Positions 13,801 through 28,471 of a stretch of DNA of 64,000 bases are shown here, piece by piece. Origin of the DNA: Eledone cirrhosa (Eukaryota). Positions within the stretch are counted from its first letter, which is position 1; every line of letters begins with the position of its first letter. The notes beneath the pieces are model-generated. The model was not told the DNA's origin. It did not search any database and was given only the letters and a program-made list of their open reading frames with translations. The stretch is from NCBI GenBank assembly GCA_964016885.1, contig OZ024740.1, positions 192,696,001 to 192,760,000 on the forward strand. The letters are read 5' to 3'. Position numbers and translations under genes: made by a program.

Positions 13801-15731
13801 AAATATTATAGTCCAAACAACAACAACAACGCAAAAACAAGATATTGAGCAACGTAAAACAATATTAAGATTGAATTACAAATTATACTGAAGAAGAAAT
13901 GGTGAATGGTGAGAAATACCAATCTATGGACAACAGCTACTCTGGGTAGAGAAGGAGAAAACATTAGCGCAAAAGTTATTATGTAATATCAGAAACAGAA
14001 ATACTGCCCTGTTGCATGATAGCAACGTCTGGCCTAAATACTTCTAAAAATAACATAATAAAACAGATCCAAATTTCAATATCAGTGTTTTGTTTTTTAA
14101 GTCTCTGCGCATCCATCCTAATATCATGTTTGGAATCGGGATCGGAAATGGATTCTACTTCGAGATATGTCTCATTGTGCAATATTACTCAAACGTTATG
14201 TACATTTATACAAAGTAACAGTATTTAGTATGATGGTGCTTGTTGCACATTATATCTATATTTAATGTGTTAGTCTCTGAATATCCAATGGAAAACAACC
14301 AATATATTGCATAAAAATGTAACATATTTAGTGATATTTTTCTTAAGAACAATCGCGTTGGCATTGAAATTAAAAACAAGTGTCACTGAAATATTTGAAC
14401 GTTTCTTTTTTTATGCAAATGATGTTGTGCGATTCCTTAAGTCATCATTGTTGAATTGTAAAGTGTAGCAAACTAATTTATGTTTATCACATTCAAGTGG
14501 AAGAATAGCATTCATCCAATATTTGAATCTTGACAGTCGGATAACATCTTATATAAACGATTGTAAATTGTGAAGATCGGTTAAATAATGAGGTCGTATT
14601 GACTTTCGGAAATCTATCTACTGATTTGTTTCTTACTTTGACAGGCTACCATAATTGTCTCACTTAATGAAGTAGATATTCAGTAACAAGTTAAATAGAT
14701 TTTCTGAAACCATAACACATTAGCTTCTAATTGTAATTCTCTGGAAAAGTCTATCCGTATAAAATGTTGAATAAAACATTGAAGAATCGTGGAACATTTA
14801 AGCTTTAATAGAGTAATGGTTGTCGAATCCAGGTATTGTTCTCCCTGCCAGGTAAGATGATGCCAAGCATAATTCGCTCCATTTTATGTTAGGCACTGCA
14901 AAATTCCCTGTAGTGGTGGGGTTGAGTGCCCATGTCTTAATTTTATAAACCATCACTAGCAGAACATATTCATTTAACAGTTTTCGTTTGGTTTCGATAG
15001 TTGACTTGGGGCATTTAATGACGTTATAAACTTTTTCAAAAGCCGGACAACTAAATACAAACCATCCTTTGACCTGTGGAAGTACGACACCATCACTTAC
15101 TTACAATAATGGTCTTCTTTCTAGATAGTATTTAAATTTACAATAACTGGTTAACGATATAATTGAGACCATTAAGAAGTGTAAACATAGATGAGCTGGT
15201 CACATATTTCGTCTCAACGACAACAAGGGGACAACTAGAGCGACTGAGTGAACACAAAGTAAAGGAAAAGTACTAAAGGCCAGTAAAAGTCAAAATGGCG
15301 TGATACCGTTGCTCCACATTACCAGAGATAGGAATCTGTGGAGGTCAGTTAGAGAGATGTTCCTCCAACAGGAGTGAGAACGCTCTGGATTTTGAGTTTT
15401 GGAGTGCAATAGGCATATTGGTCTTATAATAATTAAAATAGCCTGATACAAATTGTTGAAAATTTCTTTATTTCTTCATAATATGTTTTTTCATGTTCAT
15501 CCTAAATATGATAAAATTAAATTGAAACCATTTTCTCATTTGGAAAATGTAGCAATTCTCAATAAGTTTAGTTTTGTAGGTGATAGGATTTCGGCTTCGG
15601 AATTACATAGTAAATAGATATTTAAAAAATTATTTTTGACGTGTCCTTTATCTCTCACACATTTACTATTATTTTGTAAAAGCCAACTTATAAACGCCAT
15701 CTGCAACTCTTTACCGTTATACTCTGATTGT

Positions 15732-15828
<97 letters not shown>

Positions 15829-18609
15829 ATTAATGAGAAGAAAATTAAATCGTGGGATTACAAAATATAAAGAGCGTGGGATTATATAAAATTGTATTCA
15901 GCATCTGGTGTTTTTCTTGGCTGAAACAAACATGACTCTAGCTAACTTTGGGAAAGGTAACAGAAATTTCCTCTGTTCACAATAATACAAAAATGCTACT
16001 TAATTTAACGTTGATAATGTAGCTGTATATGAAAACCACTGCAAAGTCCAATCAAACAACAAAGAATCTTATGTCTCTTTCACTTTTTGACTCTATTTCT
16101 TTCTGTGGCCCCTTCTCTTTCTCTCTTTCCGCCTTTCCAATTGTATATATACTCATGTGAAATGTTTAGTGTTTTGCTATATTCAATTCAGCCCCCTCAT
16201 GTCACTCGTCAATATTCCTCACGTACCACATTTCTGTCCTACCCTATATACGGCACTAACCATTAATATAGGCACTCTGGATTTAACTCCTTGCGATCCT
16301 CATCAGTTTACGCGGGGTGATAACGGCACCATTCGCCCAAATCATGGAGGTTCTGTGATGAATACATGGCTTACTCCTTTCTCCAAATCAAGCTACTAAA
16401 AAAGAACATATTTTGTTTATCATAATAATTACCATATCTGGCAATAGACTTTATCCTGATATTAGATGTTTAGTAGTTTAGCCTCAGGGGGACATGATTT
16501 AGCAAACATATCACCAAAGGCTTTCCCATTGGGATGAGTCTTTTTTCAGAAATAGTATATGTAGGATTATACCATGTCATATATAATGCGATTGTATAGA
16601 ATCTCGAACTTATTCTCTTTGCAGTTCATTAAACGTACAATATACATTGTTGTCAACAACAGAATAGCTAAAGTTTATGGAAATTGAATTCCTTGTTAAT
16701 GTCATTTGTCACTTATTAAGTGGCTTCGAGATCTAGTTGTATGCCATTAAAATCATTTAGTTTTGATAAATATTTGTTTCTGAAGTTGAGTAAGTCTTTA
16801 TTAAGTAATAAACAGCGTAATTGTTGAAGCAATTATTTTTTGCACACATAGCTATGGGCAGTTATGCAACATTGTATTTTTTTTTAAATCTTTATCTATT
16901 TGTAATTTCCTTCTCTCAAAATACAGTCTCCGCGTTTTCACTTCATAGCCAATAATTAAATTATGCTTATTGTCTACCAATAACACATTTATAAGACGTG
17001 AGTTACTAGTTTAATAGTATTTGAATGACAAAAATAATTTGATATCAAATTTTCATGACATGTTAGTGGAGTGGAGAAATTGAGAAAACTAGCCTCCTTT
17101 GAAAATAACGATTTTATTTTTGATCACTTGAGAAATAACTTAGACCTCTTATAGTAATTGAATAATACACAGAAATGTAGAAAGTTGTTGAAATGAATTA
17201 AAAGTGGTTTGTGGTATATCGCTTGTTACTGCTTGTTTATTATTGAAGTGACTCTAATGCAATAACAGGAACATAACAATAGTAGCTATACGAAGTGCAT
17301 AGAAGTGCTATTATTCTATATTGTTTCGTACGTTTTGTGAAGATATCACACCTGTATTCATGGTAAACCACTTTGAAACCTCATTGGTAAGAAACCTTCT
17401 TTTTGGACACTGAAATATTCTACAACTCAGCAACGTCCATTCATGATTAAATAATTTCATTTATATCAGCCGTAGTATACAGCCATAGGTGATATGGACA
17501 ACATAATATATGCAATATTTAGTGTGCATTTGATTAATATATGGCAGTTAGCTTTAAGTATCTATAAAACGAGAGACCTCATTCAAGCAACTAGAAACCG
17601 CGACCGAATTAACCTCAAATCTCACAATTTTTACGGGAGAGACACGTTGAAGAATGTAATCTTAGAAACACAATAATGTGTCTATAACTCGTGCCATATC
17701 ATTGATATACCTTCAAATAAATTTCAAATCAACCGACACTTTACTTCTAGCTTACACATTCCTATATTTCTGATGAGGAAAAATATATCAGATATTTGAA
17801 GAAAAATATGGTGATTCATTTTACATATTACATAATTTTGTCCATTTTAAAAATGTATCTGATCTGAATAAATCAATAATAAATGGCATTTCCATTACAG
17901 AAATATTGATTTTACTCCCTTGTTCTTGTCGCGAATTACTTGTAATAGAAACCTTTCATCTATATTTGGAATCTACGAGGTAGTTCAGAGATTGTGAGAT
18001 TAAATTAATAATGCATCACTAAAGCACTAGGAATAAAGCTCTAACTAGACCCTCTATTCAATAAATACAACTATTAGAAAAGTTCTTTAGTTAGTTGCAG
18101 TAGCTTTGAAATAATATTGAAGAGTACCAACGCTCACGGAAGTGTGTGCAGTTGGTTTAATAATATAGCGGTGAATTTCTGTAATAATTGTACCATTATA
18201 TTCAAAGAAATTTGAGTTACTGCTGCTGTATTAATTAGAGACATTTCGTTGATGCAGAATACTACTACTGCTGCTAATATCTCAATATGTCGATCACCGA
18301 CTATATCATTTTCAATAATATCACCTTTTAGGAAGGGCGTAATAGTAGAATCGATAGAGCGACAGTCAACATCCCAGCCCTTTACGTTTGGAGAGACACT
18401 TTGCCTTTCATCCTATTTAAGTTGAAAATAAATTAAGTGTTGTTAAACTAGAAGTCGATTACATCAAATATATACGGTGGAGTCACACATATGTAATACA
18501 GTGAGTTTAAAAGCTTTGATTCGCTGATAGTGTTTTTGCAATTAGCCGAGAATATCTCCCTCTATTTTCAAATTGAAACCAATGCACGGACGATATCATT
18601 GACTTAAAA

Positions 18610-18870
18610 CTTAGATGCTGCCGCATCTTGAGACGCATGAGGCAGCCAAACTGCTCCAATGACCACGGTCATTTACATTTACCAATACATCCTTCCAACT
18701 TTTGTTGATGGGTTTCATGTCTCTGTCGATTATCTGCCACCAGTTCATCTTGGAACGAAGGTTCACCTCTTTCCATAGGGATACCAATACAGAACCTGAT
18801 TAGCATGGCGCTCCTTTGAGAGTCGTGTAACGTGTACCAACCAACCAAGTCACCGCTTGCACATGATGTA
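18610..18870 (-). mobile_element. Decayed RTE-like LINE 3' end
   Basis: Minus translation ...VHVTRLSKERHANQVLYWYPYGKR... resembles the RTE C-terminal 'WxGHVxR...xLxWxPxGKRxxGRP' pattern. Confidence 0.55.
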
Positions 18871-19659
18871 TGACACATTGACAGAACCTAAGAAATTAAT
18901 GAAAGTTTTGGGAAAAGCGAAACCGAAGTAGAGACGTAGATTTGTGTTAATAATCGATAAAATGTCCGACATGAGGCAATTTGACAAGACACTTAGAAAG
19001 GCGAATAGAATGCACGCTGTTATGTTATCTAGCCTTCTGTAGTCAGATTCAACATTGTCTTTTATCATTTCTTGATTGATAAATAACAACAAAATAAATA
19101 AAGACTGGATCCTCTAAGCTTCTATATCGCTTCCCCACCCCTTCTCTCTCTATTTCTCTCGCTCTCTCTCTATCACTGCCCCCCTCCTCTCTCTGAAAGA
19201 ATGCGGTTGCATTCAGACCAAGACGCGGTTTATCTTTACGGCTCAATCAAACACAGATAATTTCCTATACTCATCCTCAAAATGTTTAATTGTATATGAG
19301 TAAGACATCGATATAATTGCCTTATATGAGCTGTTGAGAGCAGAATCGATGCATCAATGGATAAAATGTCCTATTGGTTCAAATCCTGCTGGTAGCCTCT
19401 TTGCCATTCATCTTTTATGGATCAATAAAATTAATACCAAGCAGGCCATCTGCATATGAATGTGAATAGTTACTTATAAATGCACTCTAATTGTGGGAAC
19501 TTGTGCTTTAGGTAACATTTAATATAATTGCTTTGCTAACAAGAACAAATGCAAGGACGTCTATTGCAACCTTTAAGAAGGTGGGTGCAGAAGGAATATC
19601 ACAAGGGGCTTCCTTCGAAACGCTCCACTCTTTGTTTTGTACACTTTGCTGACATACTC

Positions 19660-19754
<95 letters not shown>

Positions 19755-19932
19755 GTATAGGATTATCCTGGATGCAGTAATGGTTAATTACGACTCTGGA
19801 TAGAGTTGACGTACGGTGAGAGGTTACTCAACGAATTATGGAAGAATAGTTGAAGAAACTCAGTTCCTGATCCTTCTGTATTCCGGAGTGTAGATATCAG
19901 GTAGACATCATAAAAAGGTAATTTATTCTGTG

Positions 19933-20045
19933 TGCTTACAAATGTTTCCACGGTGGTTATACAGCCTAGTTAGGGCTATGTGCAAATTTATAACTATTTG
20001 CAAAACTCAATTATCAAATGCTGCGACCACTGTATCATCAGAGCA
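19933..20045 (-). ncRNA. Hammerhead motif with long stem II insertion (inverted pLTR copy)
   Basis: Minus strand reads TGCT CTGATGA TACAGTGGT...ACCACCGTG GAAAC attt GTA AGCA. The core is intact. Confidence 0.7.
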
Positions 20046-23000
20046 GAATGGTTAAAATGTAAAATGTAAATACCCTTAAGTGAGGTTATTGAGGAAGATA
20101 GAGTAGAAAAGGAAGAGAGAAAAGAAGGGGAGAGGGAGAGAGAGAGAGAGAGAAAGAGAGAGAGATTCAGGGGTTGGAGAAATGGGAGAGAGTGGTTTGT
20201 AGATGTCTTAATCAAAATGTTGTGGTAGGGGTTTTATTATACTGGTTACTATTAAAGCAACCACCTTAAGCGATGCGTTGATAGTCAAGGTTGGAATTAT
20301 TTATTGCCACCGATGGCAGGTTCATAGATGTGGAGAGGGAGGGATGTGGACCTAGGGCGAGAGAGAAAAGGGGGGGAATGGAGAGAGAGGGAGAGATGGA
20401 GAGGGGACAGACGAGAGCTATTGGATGGGTGTACATTGAATTCATAGTAGTAGGCTACAAATTGCATTAAGTTTCCATTTATAGTGATAAGCAGGGTATT
20501 GTCTTGTAGTGTGGGCGAAGAGAAAGTGGTTAGCTAAAACGCAATGTTATAGTTACGGGTTCAAATGTTAAGTTATTTTATAGTGAGAGAATTTAGCCTT
20601 CAGTTTGTGGTTGCAGTATAATGATCGTTCGATTCTATCATTTAGTAATTTATTTTTGGATTTTAAGATGTAAAAGAGTTCACGGTTACATAACCTACAG
20701 TACTTCAATCCACCCCGATATGCATTAGCGCTGGAAAGTATATCACATTTCAAGATGAACTGTTGGTTGCGTTCACGGAGTTGCCTGGTCTTGTTGGCGA
20801 GCGTGGTCACAAAACGGTGATTACCCACCCACAAACCCCCATCTCGATGCTTTTGAACTAGACTTAATGAATACGACCATGAATATTAAGTGTATCAAAC
20901 ATAGAAGTAATGAGCTGCAGAGCAACATGAAAGCACTACTCCGAAGACTGCAAAAATACCAATGGAATTGTTGTGAAAACTGACAAGACCTCTAACGTGT
21001 ATAACATGGATATCGATACATACAACAGCTTCATACGCAAATAACTACACAAGAAATATAGAAAAACAAGTGAAACTACGCTAACAAATATTAACAACGA
21101 GGCATACAAGGTGGTGAAGAATCTCAAGATAGACGATAAAACCGAGCCGATTATACCCGCAACCCCACCTTTAACCTGAAGGACCATAAGGTAAATGCTG
21201 ACTCTAACCCTAAGATTAGACTTATATGCCCTTCTAAATCACACATATGAAAAATTAGCAAACACATGCTTGACAGAGTAATAACTCAATTGAAAAAGAA
21301 AATAGAAATTAAATTATGGGGCAACGCTAGCGAAGCAATTCGGTGGTTTAATAACGTTAAGAACAAGAATAAATCTTAGTTTATATAATTTGACAGACGA
21401 ATACTACTCTTCAATCTCACCCGGTACTTTACGTAAGGCCCTATCGTTTGCTAAAGTAAATTCCGACCTAACGGAGGACGAAATTAATATTATTCTAGAG
21501 ACTAGAAAAGCTATTATCAAGTTTGATAACTGCTACTGGGAACGTAAGGACAGACCCACAAACTTCGACATTACCATGGGCTCCAATGACTCAGCGGAGG
21601 TCACCGATTTTGTGGGAATTTACATAGCACACATACTACATGGTAAATTTAGTAATCTACAGAGGGAAATATATAGAGATGACGCGCTTTTATTAGTTAA
21701 TAACTTATATAACCAAAATCTTGAAATGCTACGAAAAAATATTAGATAATCTTTTAGTGAACTGGGTCTAAAAATAACGTACGAATACAATCTTAAAGTA
21801 GCACATTTTCTAGACGTAACACTTAATTTAAATACCGGACTGATACGACCCTTCCACAAGATAAATGAGAACCTTACTTATATCAATTTTAACTCAAACC
21901 ACCCACTTTCCATGATCAAATCGGTACCCGGTAATATTTCTCTTAGAATCTCTCGCCTATCGTCTGACTCTAAGATTTTCAGTGAACATGCTGAATGCAT
22001 TAAGGAATGCCTACCACCTGGATACAATAGAATACATTGATAAGAATCTCCATAACACACATAGTTCTACACGAAATCAAAGAATACGGAACCGGGGTTC
22101 TGAAATACAAGGGCAGTACCACCAGACATACTAATCATTGAAAATCATCACCAAACGTTGAAGAATGTATATCAGGTATAATCCCATTTTTAATGCTTCG
22201 ATTAGTACAAAACTATCTCTTTCATTCTTTAAGTTAATCAACAAGCATTTCCCTAGTTCCCATAAATACAGTAACATTCTGAACTCTAAAACTATTAAAC
22301 TATCATACTCCACGGCACCGAACCTTGAAGCATACATAAAAAAACTTAACTTAAAGCAATTAAACAACACTACAAAACAAAATATTTTAATAACAGATGA
22401 GAATAACGTAATATCGGCCTCCCAACCATTAAATCGTAGACGGGTATTACACAAGCCATATGTACTGCTATCCCAACCTATCCCCGCTACCCACAACAAA
22501 AACTGTAACTGCCACCTACCTGAAAGATGTCCATTGAAGAATAAATGACTAAAGTCCAGCATTGTTTACCAATGCACAGTTGAATCGAACGACCAGAAAT
22601 GGTATTGCATCGGGTCTACCACTACCTCTTTATATCTCGCTGGTATCATCATCGATCCTCAATTAAACATCCTGATCACCGTTTTGTGACCACGCTCGCC
22701 AACAAGACCTGGCAACTCCGTGAACGCAACCAACAGTTCATCTTGAAATGGGATATACTTTCCAGCGCTAATGCATATCGGGGTGGATTGACGTACTGTA
22801 GGTTATGTAACCGTGAACTCTTTTACATCTTAAAATCCAAAAATAAATTACTAAATGATAGAATCGAACGATCATTATACTGCAACCACAAACTGAAGGC
22901 TAAATTCTCTCACTATAAAATAACTTAACATTTGAACCCGTAATTATAACATTGCTTTCTAGCTAACCACTTTCTCTTCTCCCACACTACAAGACAATAC

Positions 23001-23326
23001 CCTGCTTATCACTATAAATGGAAACTTAGTGCAATTTGTAGCCTACTACTATGAACTCAATGTACACCCATCTCATAGCTTTCGTCTGTCCCCTCTCTAT
23101 CTCTCCCTCTCTATCTCCATTCCCCCCTCTCTCTCTCGCCCTAGGTCCACCTCCCTCCCTCTCCACATCTATGAAACCTCCCTCTGTGGCAATAAATAAT
23201 TCCAACCTTGACTATCAATGCATCGCTTAAGGTGGTCGCTTTTAGAGTAACCAGTATAATAAAACCCCTACCACAACATTTTGATTAAGATATCTACAAA
23301 CCACTCTCTTTCATTTCTCCAACCCC

Positions 23327-23390
<64 letters not shown>

Positions 23391-23474
23391 CGCTTCTTTT
23401 CTCTCTTCCTTTTCTACTCTATCTTCCCCAATAACCTCACTTAAGGGTATTTACATTTTACATTTTAACCACTC

Positions 23475-23586
23475 TGCTCTGATGATACAGTGGTCGCCGC
23501 CTTTGATAATTGAGTTTTGCAAATAGTTATAAATTTGCACATAGCATAGCTAGGCTGTATTACCACCGTGGCAACACGTGTAAGCA
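23475..23586 (+). ncRNA. Hammerhead motif with long stem II insertion (3' pLTR copy)
   Basis: TGCT CTGATGA TACAGTGGT...ACCACCGTG GCAAC ACGT GTA AGCA. Stem III is the palindrome ACACGTGT; GAAA is mutated to GCAA. Confidence 0.7.
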
Positions 23587-23632
23587 CACAGAATAAATTA
23601 CCTTTTTATGATGTCTAGCTGTTATTATTTTT

Positions 23633-23703
<71 letters not shown>

Positions 23704-23723
23704 TATACATATATATATATATA

Positions 23724-23825
<102 letters not shown>

Positions 23826-24619
23826 AAATTATAAACGATTTTTCCTTAACCGAACCCTGTTTCCGTATAGTAGGAATTTTGTCCAATCACAGGCTAAATG
23901 ATCATTGCGAGAGAAGAGTACGGTAGAATCACGAGCTTCTCATTTCGTACATCTGGCTTACAAAGTAATTCACGATTTCTATTTACAGAAATTATATTAT
24001 ACCAAACGCTAAACATATATTTTAACATAAGGTTTTCTGATTTCCTTATATCTGTACCGTATTTATTATGTAGAGTAATGCAATCGCACTAAACATCTTG
24101 AAGTAATGTCACCTATTTGTTAAGCATGACTTGGTAACATGCCTCAAATGGTAAATCGATGTAAATAATATAAATCTAACATTATATTATCATCCTCTCC
24201 ACAAACACATTTCAAATATGTTATGGCACCAATGAATATATAATTAGGCATCTACTGAGATCTGGAAAGAAATTAATTATATAATCTCGTAACTCTAGTG
24301 CATACTAAATAATTACAATACAATAATGCATATAGAATTTATTTACACAGCCATGTATTGTATTCAGCCCCAAGGTATATATTCACATGTGCATTCATAA
24401 TCATCTTATTACTACTTACTATTTAAAACGTAACATTGTATTATTTATCATAGATTCCTTGTCGAATAATTAAGGAATACTTATCAAGAGAGATTACAAA
24501 CATAGTAATTCTATGATAGAGAGCTCAGAAACATCATGCCAACTAATTCTTGCCTATAAATAACATTGTAAAACAATTTTCTGTTATACCGTGTATGACG
24601 TTTTACTATCGAGACGCAC

Positions 24620-25291
24620 TGGCCGATATTATAAAAAGTAGACTCGATACTGCTTGGTTACCATCACACTTGTATCACGACAGAAAAGGTGGTAGGTGCC
24701 AGGATGTAACACTTTTCTACTTCTAGGGTAGCACGTTACTCGTTTGTGTGAAATGAGTCATGACCTCCCCCCATGCTGATTGTGTCGTCTTAGACATGAG
24801 CCAGGAAGCTGTTGTTTTCAACGCAACAAAACGGCAAATGTATATTTACACCAGTCACTTTTGATATCTCCAGCGTTTTCAAACAGCGAGATGATGTGCT
24901 CATGATTGAGGGAAGAATACAGTGCGGTACACTGGCTGATGCTGCAGATTTCGCCCCCAGTTCTTGAAATCAACACGTATGACATCAGGGCCGTGGGTGT
25001 AGATGATATATGGTCTTCATTAGTATGTGGAGAGGTAGTTTTCTTTGAGGAGGGTCTACGTGTATAGATTTGTTTTAACAAAACAATTGAAAAAAAAAAC
25101 AACTGGCAAGAGATTCAGGGGTAGACCCCGAGTAAGATGGTTGGATAACACCCATAAGCTAGGCTTGTATATGTTGGGGATCCAGAGAGATCAGCTGGAG
25201 ACAGTTGCTTCTGACAGGACATCCTGGATGTGTTGTTGGAAATTTCTTCGCCCCACGACCCACTCAGAATAAGTGGGCGAAGAAGAAGAAA
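24620..25291 (+). mobile_element. RTE-like LINE 3' end with (GAA)n tail
   Basis: GKRFRGRPRVRWLDN...ASDRTSW, ending in gaagaagaagaa. The 5' boundary is approximate. Confidence 0.7.
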
Positions 25292-26481
25292 TCAAATAAC
25301 GTTACAGTGATTTTCTAATGTGGTGCAGTTCGAAGGATCTTTAACTGTCACCAGAAATTAAATAATATTTACGAAAAGTAAAACATGCAATAGAGTTTTG
25401 GTTTGTAATGCATACTGGTTGCAATGGTAATAATGTAAGATTTTTAAATGCATGTTTTATACCAGCAAAATCATGTGTTGTTTTCTTCAATATAAACTCA
25501 TTTTAAAGGCATAGTAACTTTTGATCACCTAAGAATTATGATTTTCAACTGATAGAAAGTTTCTTTACATGTTAGAGTATATGAATTTCCTTGGAACGTT
25601 ACAATTTGGAAGATATAAGAGAAGTGAAAACCTAATAAATTTCTCAATAGAATCGAAGTGAGAAGAGAGTCGGATACGTGCCTTATGGATTATACATCCC
25701 ACTGTGACTTGCATCGGCGTAAAATATATTAATGTCACTCTGCTCAGCAGGAAATTAAGAACTAATAGTAAATGCTTGTGTGTGATCCACAGAGGCTAGA
25801 TCATAGGGAGGCATTAATATGCATGACGAATTTGGGACAGAATTCGGAACTAAACTAATTTTAATTCTATAGATGAACAGAAAACTATTTTCACTTTTTT
25901 TTTAAAATTGGATGGGATGAAATATTATTAAAATCAATTAAATTTATAATTATTGCATTTTTCTTTTGATTTAAAATATAAGGTTATAATGAAAGAAAGG
26001 ACGAACTAGTATGAGAATAAATTAAAAAAGTATAATAATGGAGCGAACCCGAAAAGCAGGGTTTTAATTGAAATTCTTCAATATGTTGCTATAATATCTA
26101 AGCGGAAATAGAATTCTGGAATACTAGAAATATTGGTAATTTCAGCCAAATATACCGCAACATGACAATATCAACTAAAAATAGCAGTTTAATGGATTTA
26201 TATTGAAGTTACTAAAATATAATGGATGGTCTCTTCCCCTACTAGTGGCTTTTGGTTATCATTTGATTCAAAGAAATATATTTCCCTCAATTACTCTAAA
26301 ATGAATATAATTATGAATTCTATTTTCGAATATGAGATCTAATGCTACGTCGAGATGGTGAACATTATGGAATCCCCGTCTTTGTTGTCCACATTTCATA
26401 CAATAAATATCTCCACAGATAATGTAAGATAGAATTCAAATATGTAGCAACAATAATTTCAAGATATCTTCCAAGATTTTC

Positions 26482-26860
26482 AGCGCAGTAGATTGGCAGA
26501 ATTGGTTGACAGTCGTATAAAATGAAGGTCAATGCGTTATTTGCTCTGGCTGTTTACAATCTGAGTTCAAATCCAGCTAGGTTGAGCTTTGCCTTTCGTC
26601 GTCACGCTGTCGATAAAATATATACTGTGATTGAATTTATCACGTTCGTCTTCCAGCAATGTTGTTTTTGAGCCTCAATTAGAAATCAATAATATTGACG
26701 GTGTATTGGTAGAGCATCAGGTAAAATGCCATTACTGTATTTGTTCTGGCTCTTTACATTCTGAGTACAAATTCTGCAGAAGTCAACTTTCATCATTTCC
26801 GGTTCAATGAATTAAAATGTCAGTTACGACCCGAAGTCAATGTAGTCAACTTTCCACCCT
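26482..26860 (+). mobile_element. Two tandem diverged SINE copies
   Basis: 'ggcagaatt...ctgagttcaaatcc...tttgcctttc...gtcgataaaat' followed by a second 'ctgagtacaaattctgcagaagtcaactt'. Confidence 0.7.
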
Positions 26861-27069
26861 CCTTTATTATTGTTTCATTTTCTTTTTTTAGTTATTCTTT
26901 TAGCTTGTGCATAAAGAAAAATTATTTGTTTAGATCATAACTGTTTCAGTGATATATTATCACTTACCTTTAAAGAAAAATGCATAAATGTATGTGCACA
27001 TGAATATAAAGTACATAGATAATAGACTAAATTTTAATCACATTAGCGATCATTTGCGATATACGTCTG

Positions 27070-27115
27070 ACGACTGAAGAAGGCAATGACTTCTATTGTG
27101 GAAAGACCTGTCTAC
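27070..27115 (+). ncRNA. Degenerate hammerhead-like motif
   Basis: CTGAAGA ag-GCAAT-gacttct-ATTGT-g GAAA gacct GTC. Stems I and III have decayed. Confidence 0.35.
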
Positions 27116-27859
27116 ATATTTTTGAACAATAAATAACTTTTAGGGATATATATTTGTTTGCATCTGTTGCAAATTTCAACAAAAGCAGACAGCATAATGT
27201 CAAATTTATATCTGAGTATATCTTGTAAGGCATCTATTTGTAAAAATGATCTAACTGTTTCTCAGAATTTCGTAAAAAGAGATGTATAGAATGATTAGTA
27301 AGCGTATTCAGTATTCAGAGAAATGTATTTATTTCGCAAGTTGGAACACTTAATGTAATGTAAATGTAGATCTTGCAATTACATAAAGGGTTATTCTTTC
27401 AAACAGATTGCTCAGCCAGCTACATCATAATATAATTTTTGGTTTAAATGTTGTAATCGAATCCTCAATATTTCAATTCGTTTTAATATAATTGGACTGT
27501 ATCTAAGTGAGAACAGTTATCTTACATTATGTTAGGGCATCTTCAAGGTTTTCTTTTTTTAATATATGTATTTAACTATTGAATTTCTCAGATCAAATTC
27601 TTGGAAGCAAATGTTTTGTTCTATATATGAATACATTTTAATGTAGTTTAATGGCAGACATGATTGGGAAATCCTGCGATATAAGTCTATATTCCAGTTA
27701 TACATATTAGAGTCGTCAGAACGGGGGTTTAAATGTTATGGTAAATTTGTCATTTGACCACACCCTGACGACAAATCTCGCCTAGATCAACATTGGCTTC
27801 TTTTCCTTTGGCGTCAAGCGCTTATTCAGTAATGGGATCGATTCTCTCATCACTTTTTT

Positions 27860-27992
27860 GTTAGCCCAGCTCTTTGATATGGACTGGCGTTTTGTCCAGG
27901 GGGAAGTCTTATATTATCAGTTGAATAACACCACGGAAATCGGGATAAGCACCCGTAAGATGAGTCTGCCTGCTCAATACAGACTTTAGACT
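27860..27992 (+). mobile_element. Old SINE 3' portion (different family)
   Basis: 'atggactggcg..gtccaggggg..cacggaaatcgggataagc..cagacttta' resembles conserved invertebrate SINE cores. Family not established. Confidence 0.45.
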
Positions 27993-28412
27993 TCACACAT
28001 CATGACTTTCTTCTTCTGTGGAGGAAATCAGCTCGGTTTACCAGACTTGAGTTGATGAAGACGTGTTGCGTGTCAGTTTGGTGCTTTACGAATATATCTG
28101 AAAAGAATAGCGTTTTCCTTTCTTTTCCGTCACATTACTTTAACAATAAAAAATAATCAAAGGAAAAACCTCGCAATCGAAATTTGCTCTCGGCCTAAAA
28201 TAAGATAGCAGCAAATTTCTGAAACACAGAAAATACCGACTAACAAAGATTCAAACAGGACAATCAGATTGGTTGACAAATGTATAAACCATTATTATGG
28301 ATTTATATAGATTTATACACCGGTAATATGTCTGAGAATCTAACAAGATATTTCTATGATGGTGCGGCTTAGAACCCTCAAAAGATGAGTATTGACGTAT
28401 CATTTACGGTAG

Positions 28413-28471
<59 letters not shown>

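Larger units (their letters stand above)
19751..23635 (+). mobile_element. Penelope-like element (Naiad-like) with an inverted copy of its 3' end on the 5' side, inserted between (TA)n tracts
   Basis: Plus-strand motifs VKTDKTSN, LKDHK, RLICPSKS, FDITMGSNDSAEVTDFVG, YRDD, FLDVTLNL, YINFNSNHP, CNCHLPERCPL, IVYQC and CRLCNRE. Region 19894-20821 is the reverse complement of 22675-23625. Confidence 0.9.

Noticed and set aside
13979-14228. Overlapping 67- and 70-aa ORFs
   Set aside because: Short, with no motif or splice support.
15190-15245. HHR-like GAGACGAAAT with stem on the minus strand; similar partial motifs at ~17770, ~18980, ~28530 and ~32135
   Set aside because: The core or stems are too degraded to distinguish from chance in AT-rich DNA.
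22929-23100. Possible SECIS after the PLE stop codon
   Set aside because: The ctatga...tcatag hairpin lacks the 3' GA quartet and apical AA geometry.
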